From NCBI GenBank assembly GCA_043753835.1, contig JAYUVY010000089.1, positions 6,828 to 70,827 on the forward strand: 64,000 nucleotides of DNA, in the 5' to 3' direction. Shown here piece by piece: positions 46,004-55,860 of the stretch (within the stretch, counting starts at the first letter, position 1; every line of letters starts with the position of its first letter). Source of the stretch: Lysobacterales bacterium. Lineage in GTDB: Bacteria; Pseudomonadota; Gammaproteobacteria; Xanthomonadales; Ahniellaceae. The translations under genes were made by a program, and so were the position numbers. The notes below the pieces were generated by a model, which searched no databases, was not told the DNA's origin, and saw only the letters and a program-made list of their open reading frames with translations.

Positions 46004-46612
46004 ATGAAAACCATCCTCGCTTCCCTGATTGCCGCCGCTGCCCTCGCATCTGCACCGCTCGCAGCCGCCGACCGCTACGAATTCGACAAGTCGCACACCA
46101 GCATCCTGTTCTTCGTCGAGCACATGGGCCTGTCGGAAATGCAGGGTGAATTCCGCGCGTTCGACGGCGAATTGCTGGTCGACGAGAATGATCTGTCGAA
46201 GTCGAGCGTCAATGTCTCGATCGACGCCGGCAGCATCGACATGGATCACGACAAGCTCAACGCGCATCTGAAGAGCAAGGACTTCTTCAATGTCGGCAAT
46301 CAGGCCAAGCTTGGCTTCAAGAGCACCAAGCTCGAAGCCAAGGGCGAGAATGCGTTCTTGCTGACCGGTGACTTGACCATTCTCGGTGTGACCAAGCCGG
46401 TGACGCTCGACGTGACCATGAAGAAGCTCGACTCGCATCCGTTCGCCAAGGTGCCCGCAATCGGCTTCCACGCCGAAGGCGTGATCAAGCGCAGCGACTT
46501 CGGCATGAGCTACATCCTCGGCCCGGTCGCCGATGTGGTGAAGATCCGCATCGACACCGAAACCCTGAAGGCAGCGCCAGCCGAGGCGAAAACGGACGTG
46601 GCCAAGGGCTGA
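46004..46612 (+). CDS. YceI-family periplasmic protein
   Basis: Signal peptide MKTILASLIAAAALASAPLAAA, then YEFDKSHTSILFFVEHMGLSEMQGEF...LTGDLTILGVTKPVTLDV. Confidence 0.85.
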   Translation: MKTILASLIAAAALASAPLAAADRYEFDKSHTSILFFVEHMGLSEMQGEFRAFDGELLVDENDLSKSSVNVSIDAGSIDMDHDKLNAHLKSKDFFNVGNQAKLGFKSTKLEAKGENAFLLTGDLTILGVTKPVTLDVTMKKLDSHPFAKVPAIGFHAEGVIKRSDFGMSYILGPVADVVKIRIDTETLKAAPAEAKTDVAKG

Positions 46613-46639
46613 TCAGCACCAAACCACGGAGAGTTCGCA

Positions 46640-47338
46640 ATGATCAGCGTACGCAGGGCGTCCGATCGCGGCGCAGCCAATTTCGGTTGGCTCGACAGTC
46701 GCCACACCTTCTCGTTCGGGCACTACCACGACCCGGCGCATATGGGGTTCGGGTCATTGCGCGTGATCAATGAGGATCGCGTCGCGCCGGCCGGCGGTTT
46801 TGCGCCACACGGTCACGCGAATATGGAGATCGTCAGCTACGTACTCGCCGGTGGTCTGCAACACAAGGACAGTATCGGTACCGGATCGGTGATCCGCCCC
46901 GGCGATGTGCAGCGCATGAGTGCCGGCAGCGGCATTCAGCACAGCGAATACAACGCATCGAAGACGGAACCCGTTCACTTCCTGCAGATCTGGATCCTGC
47001 CCGATCGCCAGAACATCGCGCCGGGATACGACCAGAAGCACTTCGCGGTGGAGGACCGTCGCGGCCAGTTGCGCTTGGTGGCCAGCGGCGACGGTGCTGA
47101 GGGTGCCATCAGCATTCGCCAGGACGCGCAAATCTTCGCAAGCCTGCTGGCGCCCGGCGACACCGTGGCGCATGACTACGCACCGGGGCGTCGCGGTTGG
47201 CTGCAGGTGGCGAGCGGCGAGGTCAGCGTCAATGGCACGTCGCTCAAAGCTGGCGACGGTGCGGCGATCGAAGCCGAAGCCGCTGTGCAATTGACGGCTG
47301 CCACCGACAGCGAATTCCTGCTGTTCGATCTGCCCTGA
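46640..47338 (+). CDS. pirin-family protein
   Basis: FGWLDSRHTFSFGHYHDP...GFAPHGHANMEIVSYVLAGGLQHKDS...MSAGSGIQHSE. Confidence 0.88.
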   Translation: MISVRRASDRGAANFGWLDSRHTFSFGHYHDPAHMGFGSLRVINEDRVAPAGGFAPHGHANMEIVSYVLAGGLQHKDSIGTGSVIRPGDVQRMSAGSGIQHSEYNASKTEPVHFLQIWILPDRQNIAPGYDQKHFAVEDRRGQLRLVASGDGAEGAISIRQDAQIFASLLAPGDTVAHDYAPGRRGWLQVASGEVSVNGTSLKAGDGAAIEAEAAVQLTAATDSEFLLFDLP

Positions 47339-47404
47339 GCAAAGGGCGGCTCGCCTCAATGGGGCGGGCCGCCTACAATGCGCGCAGGAACACAGGAATC
47401 GACC

Positions 47405-47611
47405 ATGACCGCGAATGTCACCCAGCCCGCCGCCGGCAAACCGGCCAATACCGAACGTGTCTACCGGGTGGCGCGCGCCGATTTGCCGATCTCCTGCCCG
47501 ACGCCTGAAATGGCCTTGTGGAATTCGCATCCGCGCGTCTATCTGCCGCTCGAAGAACAGGCCGAGGCGAAGTGCCCGTATTGCGGCGCCCTGTTCCAGC
47601 GTGTCGACTGA
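47405..47611 (+). CDS. small zf-CHCC-type zinc-finger protein
   Basis: The internal ATG gives MTANV...ISCPTPEMALWNSHPRVYLPLEEQAEAKCPYCGALF. Confidence 0.7.
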   Translation: MTANVTQPAAGKPANTERVYRVARADLPISCPTPEMALWNSHPRVYLPLEEQAEAKCPYCGALFQRVD

Positions 47612-47645
47612 AGCCGGCCGCGGTCTCGCGCGTGCACTCACTGTT

Positions 47646-48752
47646 GTGCAATTGCTGCCGGCGCTTGATTCTGGCGGCGTCGAGCGTGGAACGCTGGAAA
47701 TCGCGGCGGCACTGGTAGCCGCTGGCCATCGCTCAATCGTGGTGTCTGCGGGCGGGAAACTGGTCGAACGCCTGATCGCCGGCGGCAGCGAGCACATTCA
47801 CCTCGATGTCGGTGCGAAGTCGATCTTCAGCCTGGCCCTGGTGCCGAAGTTGCGGGGCTTGTTCAAGACGCTCAACGCCGACATCGTGCATGCACGCTCG
47901 CGTCTGCCGGCGTGGCTGACCTGGTTCGCCTGGCACAGCATGTCCACAGCGACGCGACCGCGCTTCGTGACCACCGTGCATGGCCTGAACTCGGTCAACG
48001 CCTATTCGCGCATCATGACCCGCGGCGAGCGCGTGATCTGCGTTTCGAACACGGTACGCGACTACGTGCAGACGAGCTATCCGAACTGCGACGCCTCGCG
48101 TTTGCGGGTGATCGCACGCGCTGTCGACCCCAACGAATTTCCGCATGGTCATCGGCCCAGCGGCGACTGGCGCAAGCTGTTCGTCTCCGAACATCCGGCC
48201 TTGTCGGCTTCGGCACCGTGGTTGTGCCTGGCCGGACGCGGCACGCGCATCAAGGGTCATCAGGAGGCGATTCGTTTGACCGCCGCACTGCGCGATGCCG
48301 GCCTGGAGACACGCCTGATCCTGCTCGGCGTGCGCGAACGTGGCCGCGAACGTTATGTCGATGAATTGCGGCGCTACGCCCAGAAACACGGCGTCGCCGA
48401 TGCCGTGGTGATGACCGCCTCGCGCCCGGACGTGCGCGATGTCATGGCCGCAAGCGCGCTCGTCTTGCAGTTGTCGACCAATGCCGAAGCCTTTGGACGC
48501 ACGGTCGTGGAAGCCCTGAATCTCGGTGTGCCGGTGCTCGGTTTCGATCACGCCGGTGTCGGTGAGCAACTGCGCGATCTGTTTCCGCGCGGTGCGGTGC
48601 CGCTGGGCGATCGTGCCGCTCTGGTCGAACGCGCACGCGAACTGCTCGCCAGCGGCGAGCGACCGGCGGCGTTCAGCAGCTATCGACTCGCACAGATGCA
48701 AGCCGCCACACTTGCGCTCTACCGGGAGCTGCTGGAGTCATCGCGCGCATGA
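47646..48752 (+). CDS. family 4 glycosyltransferase (LPS core region)
   Basis: The proposed GTG start gives (M)QLLPALDSGGVERGTLEIAAALVAAGH. The C-terminal part has an EAFGRTVVEAL motif. The start codon is uncertain. Confidence 0.75.
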   Translation: MQLLPALDSGGVERGTLEIAAALVAAGHRSIVVSAGGKLVERLIAGGSEHIHLDVGAKSIFSLALVPKLRGLFKTLNADIVHARSRLPAWLTWFAWHSMSTATRPRFVTTVHGLNSVNAYSRIMTRGERVICVSNTVRDYVQTSYPNCDASRLRVIARAVDPNEFPHGHRPSGDWRKLFVSEHPALSASAPWLCLAGRGTRIKGHQEAIRLTAALRDAGLETRLILLGVRERGRERYVDELRRYAQKHGVADAVVMTASRPDVRDVMAASALVLQLSTNAEAFGRTVVEALNLGVPVLGFDHAGVGEQLRDLFPRGAVPLGDRAALVERARELLASGERPAAFSSYRLAQMQAATLALYRELLESSRA

Positions 48753-49981
48753 ATCTCAATCGCCGCCAACTGGCCGCCGTGTTGTGCCTGTGGTCGGTGT
48801 TGCTGTTGCTGCCGTTCGGGCGGGCGTCGGAATTGCCGATCGTCATCGGTGCGATGTACGCCATCGTCTTCCTGATCCGCGATCCACAGCAGTTGCGCGA
48901 GCCACGCTACCGGCTCGCGTTCTGGGCCTTCCTCGCCTACTGGCTGCCGGAGTTGTGTTCTGCGATCGACAGCATTGCGCCCGAGAAGAGCTGGCTCGAA
49001 GTCGCGACCGATCTGCGCTATTTGCCGTTCGCGGTGTTCGTGATCGATGCCCTGGCGACCGCACCGGCAAGACGCCAGTTGGCGTGGTGGAGTGCCCTGC
49101 TGGTGCTGTTCTGGACGATCGATGCATTGCTGCAGGCAACGTTTGGCAGCGGCTTCGGCGGGGCGTTGCAAACCGACCGGGTCAGCGGCATTTTCGGCGA
49201 CGACAATTTGAAGCTCGGCCCGGTGTTGGCTCTGTTGGCACCGATCACCGTGCTGATTGCGCTCGATCGGTATGGGCGCGCCATGGCGGTGCTGATGTGG
49301 GCGCTGGCGGCCGTCGCAGTGCTGCTGGCGGGTTCGCGTGGCGGCTGGATCAGTTTCGCGGTTGTCACACTGGCCCTGATCTGGCGCGTGGCGGCGACGC
49401 CGAAACGCTTCGCGTTGGCGCTGTTGCTGGCCACGCTCGCCGGCAGCGCTTTTGTGGGTGGCAGCTACGCTGTATCCGAACGCTTCGCCGCACGTGTTGA
49501 CCGAACTTTGGCCGCATTTGAAGGTTCGCGCGCAAGCATTGAAACCGCGCTTGCCTACCGCCTGTCGATCTGGGAAACCGCAACACGCATGAGCCTCGCA
49601 CACCCGTTCAATGGCGTCGGCGTGCGTGCATTCCGCCATGACTACATCGAACACGCCGCGGCCAACGATCAGTGGCTCGCGGAAAATCCTGGTGTTGCTG
49701 CGTTTCATGCGCATCAGTGGGTGCTGGAAGTGGCGTCGGAAACCGGCATCATCGGACTCGGCTGCTGGTTCGCCCTGCTGGTCGTATTGGTACGCCGATG
49801 GCGCGCACTTTCGCGTGATTGCCGACACGCGGCGGCGCCCTACAGCATTGCCATGCTGGCCATGCTGTTCCCGTTGAACACGCATTTCGCGTTCTACTCG
49901 AGTTTCTGGTCGAACCTGTATTTCTGGTTGCTGCTGGTGTGGATCGCGCACTTGGCACCGCCGCGTGACCGCCGCGCATGA
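48749..49981 (+). CDS. O-antigen ligase-like (Wzy_C/WaaL family) polytopic membrane protein
   Basis: At least 10 TM segments with a LLAGSRGGWISFAVV loop motif. Overlaps both flanking glycosyltransferase genes by 4 nt. Confidence 0.75.
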   Translation: MNLNRRQLAAVLCLWSVLLLLPFGRASELPIVIGAMYAIVFLIRDPQQLREPRYRLAFWAFLAYWLPELCSAIDSIAPEKSWLEVATDLRYLPFAVFVIDALATAPARRQLAWWSALLVLFWTIDALLQATFGSGFGGALQTDRVSGIFGDDNLKLGPVLALLAPITVLIALDRYGRAMAVLMWALAAVAVLLAGSRGGWISFAVVTLALIWRVAATPKRFALALLLATLAGSAFVGGSYAVSERFAARVDRTLAAFEGSRASIETALAYRLSIWETATRMSLAHPFNGVGVRAFRHDYIEHAAANDQWLAENPGVAAFHAHQWVLEVASETGIIGLGCWFALLVVLVRRWRALSRDCRHAAAPYSIAMLAMLFPLNTHFAFYSSFWSNLYFWLLLVWIAHLAPPRDRRA

Positions 49982-50826
49982 CTCGGGTCGCACTATCGGC
50001 GGTGGTTACCACCTTCGAGAATGCCCGCACGCTCGATGCCTGTCTCGCTTCGCTGAAATTCGCCGATGAACTGCTCGTGCTGGATTCGGGTAGCAGCGAT
50101 GCGACGCTCGAGATTGCACGGCACCACGGTGCACGTATCCTGCACGAGCCGTTCAAGGGGTATGGCCCACAGAAGCAGAGTGCGATCGATCAGGCCACGC
50201 ATGACTGGGTGCTTCTGCTCGATGCCGACGAGGTGGTGACCCCGGCATTGGCAACACAGATTCTCGCCGCGCTCGACACGCCGCTCGCGACCGGATTCGA
50301 ACTGCCGCGTTGTGAACGCATGTTCTGGCGCTGGCAGCATCGGCTCAGCAAGCACAACCTGCATCTGCGGCTGTTCGATCGACGTCACCATCGCATGGGC
50401 GACGATCCGATCCATGCCGCGCCGCGTCGCGATGTCGGGGTCATCGCCCGTCTCGACGGCTTGCTGCTGCACGATGGCGAGCACCATATCGCCAGCAAGG
50501 TGGCGCGCATCAACCACTATTCCAGCGGCGTCGCCGCGCAGCGTGCGGCGCGTTCGTCGGCCTGGGCGTTGCGTCTGCGCCTGCTCTGGTACCCGCCGAT
50601 CGTGTTCCTGAAGCAATGGCTGCTCAAGCGGCATTTCCTCAATGGCTGGGCGGGTTACATCGGTGCCGTCAGTCTCGCCTATCACGCCTTTCTCAAGGAC
50701 GCGAAGGCGCTTGAATGCATCGAGACGCAGCACGCCGGTCGATCACTCGCGCGCCGGCTCACGCAACAATCGCAGGGCCAGCCAGGCGATCACCGCAGCG
50801 ACCAGCACGAGCACCGTCCACAGTAG
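49978..50826 (+). CDS. family 2 glycosyltransferase (LPS core region)
   Basis: LSAVVTTFENARTLDACLASLKFADELLVLDSGSSDATLEIA...VLLLDADEVV. The last ~28 codons overlap the convergent DUF3999 gene and look non-conserved. Confidence 0.8.
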   Translation: MTRVALSAVVTTFENARTLDACLASLKFADELLVLDSGSSDATLEIARHHGARILHEPFKGYGPQKQSAIDQATHDWVLLLDADEVVTPALATQILAALDTPLATGFELPRCERMFWRWQHRLSKHNLHLRLFDRRHHRMGDDPIHAAPRRDVGVIARLDGLLLHDGEHHIASKVARINHYSSGVAAQRAARSSAWALRLRLLWYPPIVFLKQWLLKRHFLNGWAGYIGAVSLAYHAFLKDAKALECIETQHAGRSLARRLTQQSQGQPGDHRSDQHEHRPQ

Positions 50827-52020
50827 CCAGGCGCGATACGGCGGCGGTGGCGGTGATGGTTTCAGCACCACCTTGCCGGCGCGTTCACTGCGCGCACCGA
50901 GTCGTGCCGGTGGTGGCGACCAGCTGGTGCCGAATTGCGCGCGCAACTCGTTCATCAGCGGATCGATCGGGAACGATTCGCGCACCGCGCGCGCACTGCC
51001 GGCAACCAGCAGCAACTGCGCCGGACCTTGATGTGCGATCAGAAACACATCCGGTCGATAGCCGACCTCGACGATCGGCGTACCGATTGGTGGTTCCACG
51101 CCGAGTCGCCAGCGCTGGCTGCGTGTGGTCGGAAACGCGAGGCGATTGCGCACCACGCTTGCGTCGCCAACGGCGATATCGAATGCGGTGTCGCGTGCCA
51201 GTTCACGCCACCACTCGCCTTCGCGCGTGGCGAGCGACACCGTGGCCAAGGCACCGCCATCACCGAGCTGGATGCGTGCTGCATTCACCGGCAACGATGG
51301 CGGCAGGTTGAAATGGAAGCTGTGCGGCGTGGTCGCGTCGCGCACCAGGGCCGCGCGCCGGTATTGGCGCTTGAGTCCGGGCGGGGTTTCGTATTCGGCG
51401 AGCACGCTGAAGATTTCGAGATCGGCGGGCACCGGCGCCACGCTCAGACGCAGTGCGTCGCCCTCGAAGTCGGACAACAACAGGCGCGTCTCGCCGACGC
51501 TGCTGCCAAGCGCGTAGGAATGCGACATCACCTCGGCATGCACAGCACCACGTCGGCGACTCGCCTCGACGCGCCAACTGGCGTCGGCCGGCAGGCTGGC
51601 ACGATGCCGCCAACTGACGCGCAGGGCGCGGATCACCGCGGCTTCCGGCACGCGTGAGCGCAGTGCCAGCGTCAGGCGCTGCGGGCTCGGGAACGCCACG
51701 GGTACGTCGTTGCGCGCCATCGGTTCACGATTGCTGGCGGCGATTTCGAGCGCATAGGGCGCGTCGCGCCAAGGCGAATCCGGTGCTTGCGGCAGCGGTC
51801 CGAAGCTGACGCGCTCACCGCTGCTGGTGAACAGCGCCATGTCCTGGCCATCGGTGCGGGTGATGGCGTCGTAGATCTCCGGCGTCAACACCAGTTCGTG
51901 CACGTCACCGCTGCCGATATCGAGCGGCCATTGCCAGGCGAAGTCGTCCGGTGTCGCGGCGCCGACGACGGACGCACCCAGTGCGAGGACCAGTGCGGGA
52001 AAGCGCGCGCGCTGGTTCAT
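50743..52020 (-). CDS. DUF3999-family protein (signal peptide plus C-terminal TM anchor)
   Basis: MNQRARFPALVLALGASVVGA, then DDFAWQWPL. C-terminal helix WLLWTVLVLVAAVIAWLAL. It overlaps the upstream DUF2339 gene by 4 nt. Confidence 0.7.
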   Translation of the reverse strand: MNQRARFPALVLALGASVVGAATPDDFAWQWPLDIGSGDVHELVLTPEIYDAITRTDGQDMALFTSSGERVSFGPLPQAPDSPWRDAPYALEIAASNREPMARNDVPVAFPSPQRLTLALRSRVPEAAVIRALRVSWRHRASLPADASWRVEASRRRGAVHAEVMSHSYALGSSVGETRLLLSDFEGDALRLSVAPVPADLEIFSVLAEYETPPGLKRQYRRAALVRDATTPHSFHFNLPPSLPVNAARIQLGDGGALATVSLATREGEWWRELARDTAFDIAVGDASVVRNRLAFPTTRSQRWRLGVEPPIGTPIVEVGYRPDVFLIAHQGPAQLLLVAGSARAVRESFPIDPLMNELRAQFGTSWSPPPARLGARSERAGKVVLKPSPPPPPYRAWLLWTVLVLVAAVIAWLALRLLREPARE

Positions 52021-54779
52021 GACGACGCATCCTGATCACGTGGCGGCATCGGTGCGAAGTAGCCGAGCGTCACGAACAGCAAGCCGACGCCCACGGTCGA
52101 GACGATGCCGGAGACGGTGCCGAGGAAGCGCATGTCGATCAGCAGCAGCTTTGCCAGCACGATGCCGAGCAAGATGGCACCGGCGATCCACGCGCCGCGC
52201 ACCATGCGTTTCGCGCCGAAGCCCATCGCCGCCGCACCGACCAGAGTCCAGGTCCACGACAGCGCCGCATGCGCCTTCGGTCGCGTCAGCATGTCGAGCG
52301 ACCACGCCTCGTTGCCGAAGTGATGCACGCCGCGCAGGACCGCCGCCGTCAATACGACGAAGGCGAGCAGCGCGATCATGCTGCGGACCACATCGCTGCC
52401 GCCGTCCAGTTCATGGCTCACGGCACGCGTCAGCAACAACAGCAAAGCGATCTGGCTGAGCTCGAGCGGATTTAGGATCGGCAGATAACTGATCGGCGGT
52501 GTGTGCCCGGCCAGCGTGCAGGCGAACAGGGTGTAGACAATGCTGCCGACGATCAGTGGCCACAACGCGCGGTGGCGATACAACGTGAATTCCGCGCGTA
52601 CCGGCGCGCCGACCACATCGAAGCGCGAGAGCAGCGCTGCGAGTGCGATCCAGAACGGTGCGAAAGTCAGCACGTAGCGCCAGTCGCCGCTCATGCCGGC
52701 GAACGCGACGGATTCGACCTGGGCATAAAGGCCAGTGCGCGCATGGATCTCGAAGGCGAAGATCAGCGGCACGCTCAGCCAGGCGACGACATGCGCCCAG
52801 CCGAGGCCGCGTGGCCAGGGATTGCGCAGGCAGTGCAGAACGACGAAGGCGCTGAAGAAAGTCAGTGGCCAGATCCAGGCGCCGTGCTCGGACAACGGCG
52901 AGCGCGTCGCATCGGCGCTCATCGCCACGAACAGCGGCAGCGACCACATCAGGGCGATGCCCGGCCACGACAGCGCGCGCAGCCCGCTGATCGTGCGCAG
53001 CACGGCTGCGAGCACAGCGCTGAGCGCGACGAACAGCAGTACCGCATGCGTCTCATTCGCGCCGTCGACGACGCGGTCGACTTCGATGACACCACCGACG
53101 TACCAGGCCAGGTAACCATAGGCCGCAAGCGCACCGATCAGCGGATGGCTCGCATGCGCGAGCGTGTAGCGCCAGGCGCTGAACAGGGCGGCGAGTGCAA
53201 TCGCGAGGGTGCCGAGCGTGGTCGGATTCAACACGATGATGGCGTCAGGCGTTTGTGTGCCGATATCGAGTGCGGCGAGCCCGGCGAACAGTTGCAACGC
53301 AATGCCGGCCCAGCGCAGTCGGCGCTCGTCCTGCTTGAGACCGATCCAGACCAGCAATGCACCTTCGATCGCCCACAGCACCGTGGTCGTGCCGCTGGTG
53401 AAGGCGAGCGGAAACACCAGGGTGACAAAGATGAGCGCAAGGCCGGCATAGGCCGCTTTCCAGCGCGCCAACTGGTGGTGTTTCCAGACATAGAGCGCGA
53501 GGCCGAGATAGATGACGGCCATCACCAGCGCGGAGATCGCGAGCAGGGTGCGGTCGTCGTGCAGCAGAGCACTTTGCAGGGCGAATGCGATCAGCGGGGT
53601 GCCGAACACCAGCGAGCCTTCGACATGGTCGCGTCGCGACGGATCATGACCGCGCAGCGCCGGCAGCAGCGGAATGACCAGATAGAACAGGAAGAACACG
53701 ATCAGGAAGGGTTCGGTCGTGGCGAAGTCTTCCGGGCGATAGCGGGTGACGCCCCAAAGCGTGCCGATGACGAAGGTGAACAGGAAGCCGAGCGTGTTCA
53801 AGATCCGCCAGCCGCGCGCCCAGCTCATCGCCAGGATGCCGAGATTCAACACGGCGTAGAACGAGAACAAGGCGACATGGTTGCCCGAGCCGGTCGAGGC
53901 CAGGATCGGTGCCGCGAAGCCGCCAATCACGCCGAACACCGCAAGGCCGAGCGAGTTCTGGCGGATCGCCAGCACCGAGCATCCGGCGACGAGCACGAGC
54001 AGCATCGCAAACGTCGCCGACGCCGGAATCAGCTGGTACATGTGGTACGACGCGAACACCACCATCATCAACACCGCAATCGCGCCGCCCTGCAGGTTCA
54101 GCGCGAACACGCGTTTTTCTTCGCGTTTGCGCCAGCCGATTACGAGTGCGGCGAGTGCGCCTGCGGCAATGCCGGCCAGACGCATTTCGATCGGGAAATC
54201 GAACCAGCCTTCCTTGATCGCGAGACGCATGAATGCGCCGAGACCGATCAGCACGATGCTGATGCCGATCTTCGTGATCCAGCTGCTCTCGAACAGCCAG
54301 CGTGCAAGGACTGATGGCTCGCTCTCGATCACCGACGCGGGCACGGGTGCGGATCTGCGCGCGGGCAGGGGCGGCGGCGTTGGGCGGGCGCTCGGTTCAC
54401 GCGCTTCGAAGCGCGGTCGGTCGGCGGCGGCACTGTCGACACTTGCCGCTGCGGCGGTCTGGAAACTTGTTGGTGCTGAGGATTGGGCCGGCGCGGGTCG
54501 CTCGGGGAGTGGTGGCATCCGCTCCGGTGCCGCTGATTTCGGCACCGTTTCCGCCGCACGTGGTTGAACCGAAAAGCGCTCGTCGCTGCGCGACCGCTGT
54601 AGCGCCACGACTTCCTCTTCGAGCGCCCTGATGCGCTCGCGCATCGAGATCCAGCCGCCATAAAGCGCGCCGATCAATGCACCGCCGAACAATCCGAGTG
54701 CCCATTCGCCGGCGCTCGCGCAGGCGATGCCGAAGATCAATCCGATGAAGGCGAGTAGCCAGGCCATGCAGTTCCCCAT
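52017..54779 (-). CDS. DUF2339-family large polytopic membrane protein
   Basis: N-terminal helix plus coiled coil (ISMRERIRALEEEVVALQRS), a Pro/Ala-rich linker, then more than 20 predicted TM helices. Confidence 0.75.
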   Translation of the reverse strand: MGNCMAWLLAFIGLIFGIACASAGEWALGLFGGALIGALYGGWISMRERIRALEEEVVALQRSRSDERFSVQPRAAETVPKSAAPERMPPLPERPAPAQSSAPTSFQTAAAASVDSAAADRPRFEAREPSARPTPPPLPARRSAPVPASVIESEPSVLARWLFESSWITKIGISIVLIGLGAFMRLAIKEGWFDFPIEMRLAGIAAGALAALVIGWRKREEKRVFALNLQGGAIAVLMMVVFASYHMYQLIPASATFAMLLVLVAGCSVLAIRQNSLGLAVFGVIGGFAAPILASTGSGNHVALFSFYAVLNLGILAMSWARGWRILNTLGFLFTFVIGTLWGVTRYRPEDFATTEPFLIVFFLFYLVIPLLPALRGHDPSRRDHVEGSLVFGTPLIAFALQSALLHDDRTLLAISALVMAVIYLGLALYVWKHHQLARWKAAYAGLALIFVTLVFPLAFTSGTTTVLWAIEGALLVWIGLKQDERRLRWAGIALQLFAGLAALDIGTQTPDAIIVLNPTTLGTLAIALAALFSAWRYTLAHASHPLIGALAAYGYLAWYVGGVIEVDRVVDGANETHAVLLFVALSAVLAAVLRTISGLRALSWPGIALMWSLPLFVAMSADATRSPLSEHGAWIWPLTFFSAFVVLHCLRNPWPRGLGWAHVVAWLSVPLIFAFEIHARTGLYAQVESVAFAGMSGDWRYVLTFAPFWIALAALLSRFDVVGAPVRAEFTLYRHRALWPLIVGSIVYTLFACTLAGHTPPISYLPILNPLELSQIALLLLLTRAVSHELDGGSDVVRSMIALLAFVVLTAAVLRGVHHFGNEAWSLDMLTRPKAHAALSWTWTLVGAAAMGFGAKRMVRGAWIAGAILLGIVLAKLLLIDMRFLGTVSGIVSTVGVGLLFVTLGYFAPMPPRDQDASS

Positions 54780-54865
54780 TGATTGCGGTCGATTCTTGCC
54801 GAATCACGAACGCATGGCGATGGCGCGTGCACACGGGTCGCACAAAACGCGACCGCCGGTCTTGC

Positions 54866-55774
54866 TCAGTAGACGCCCGTTTCGCCCGGCGGTCGCGATT
54901 TGAAGCGTTTGTGGATCCACAGGTATTCGTCCGGTGCCTCGCGCACCATCGCCTCGATCAATGCATTGACGCGCGCCGTATGCGCCGCATCCTCCTCACC
55001 CGTGATTTCGGCCAAAGGCTCGCCGATGCGCAGCACATAGCCGCCACGACCGTCACGATGGTGGAAGAACGGAATCACCGCCGCCCCGGTCAAACGCGCC
55101 AACTGCCACGTCGCGGTGATGGTCGAGGCCGGTACGCCGAAGAACGGCGCGAACACGGTGTCCTTGCCGCGCATGTCCTGATCCGGTGCGTACCACAGGC
55201 AGCCGCCGGCCTTGACGTGTTTCACCGCGGGCCGAAGTTCCTCGCGCGCGAACATGGCGCAGGCATAATGCAGCCGGCCGCGCCTCACGGCCCATTCGAA
55301 TACTGGCGCGCCATGGCGGCGATACATTCCGGCGAGCGCGATGTGCTTGCATAGCAACCGCCCGCAGATCTCCAGCGTCAGGAAATGCCCGGACAGCAAC
55401 AACACGCCGCGCCCCTCGGCGTGCGCGCGCTCGATGTGTTCGAGCCCGGAGATCGTGTAGTTGACGTTGTCGACCGAACCCCACCAGGCGCGCGCGAATT
55501 CATACGCACCTTCGCCCAGACTCGCAAAGCTGCGATCCGCGATGTGTGCGCGTGCGGCTTCGTCGAATTCCGGGAAACACAGCGCCAGGTTGCGCATCGC
55601 GACGCGTTTGCGACTGCGCATCAATACGCCCAGAAGGCGTCCGAACGCACGCGCCACGGGTCGCGCGATCACGCCCGGCATGCGCGCCAGCAACGCCATC
55701 ACGCCGACACCGAACCAGACCGGCCAGTGTTGCGGGGCGAACAGGGCGCGCGGCAATGGGTGCGGGCTCGGCAT
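54866..55774 (-). CDS. lpxL: lipid A biosynthesis lauroyl/myristoyl acyltransferase (LpxL/HtrB family)
   Basis: N-terminal TM helix, the SGHFLTLE catalytic motif, and YAPDQDMRGKDTVFAPFFG. Confidence 0.85.
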   Translation of the reverse strand: MPSPHPLPRALFAPQHWPVWFGVGVMALLARMPGVIARPVARAFGRLLGVLMRSRKRVAMRNLALCFPEFDEAARAHIADRSFASLGEGAYEFARAWWGSVDNVNYTISGLEHIERAHAEGRGVLLLSGHFLTLEICGRLLCKHIALAGMYRRHGAPVFEWAVRRGRLHYACAMFAREELRPAVKHVKAGGCLWYAPDQDMRGKDTVFAPFFGVPASTITATWQLARLTGAAVIPFFHHRDGRGGYVLRIGEPLAEITGEEDAAHTARVNALIEAMVREAPDEYLWIHKRFKSRPPGETGVY

Positions 55775-55860
55775 CCCGGCATTCTATCGGGCGCGACTCG
55801 CTACCGTTGCGACATCGGCGCGCGCCCTTCATGCTTCGCCACCGCTGATGTGACGCCTCG

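Noticed and set aside
50743-50826. 84-nt convergent overlap of the GT2 and DUF3999 genes as a regulatory antisense arrangement
   Set aside because: The GT2 tail in the overlap (RSLARRLTQQSQGQPGDHRSDQHEHRPQ) looks like a non-conserved read-through extension caused by the lack of stop codons opposite a GC-rich gene. Nothing suggests a function for it.
52503-54314. 603-aa plus-strand ORF
   Set aside because: It is antisense to the DUF2339 membrane protein gene. It is extremely Arg/Asp/Glu/Gln-rich, which mirrors the hydrophobic codons on the other strand.
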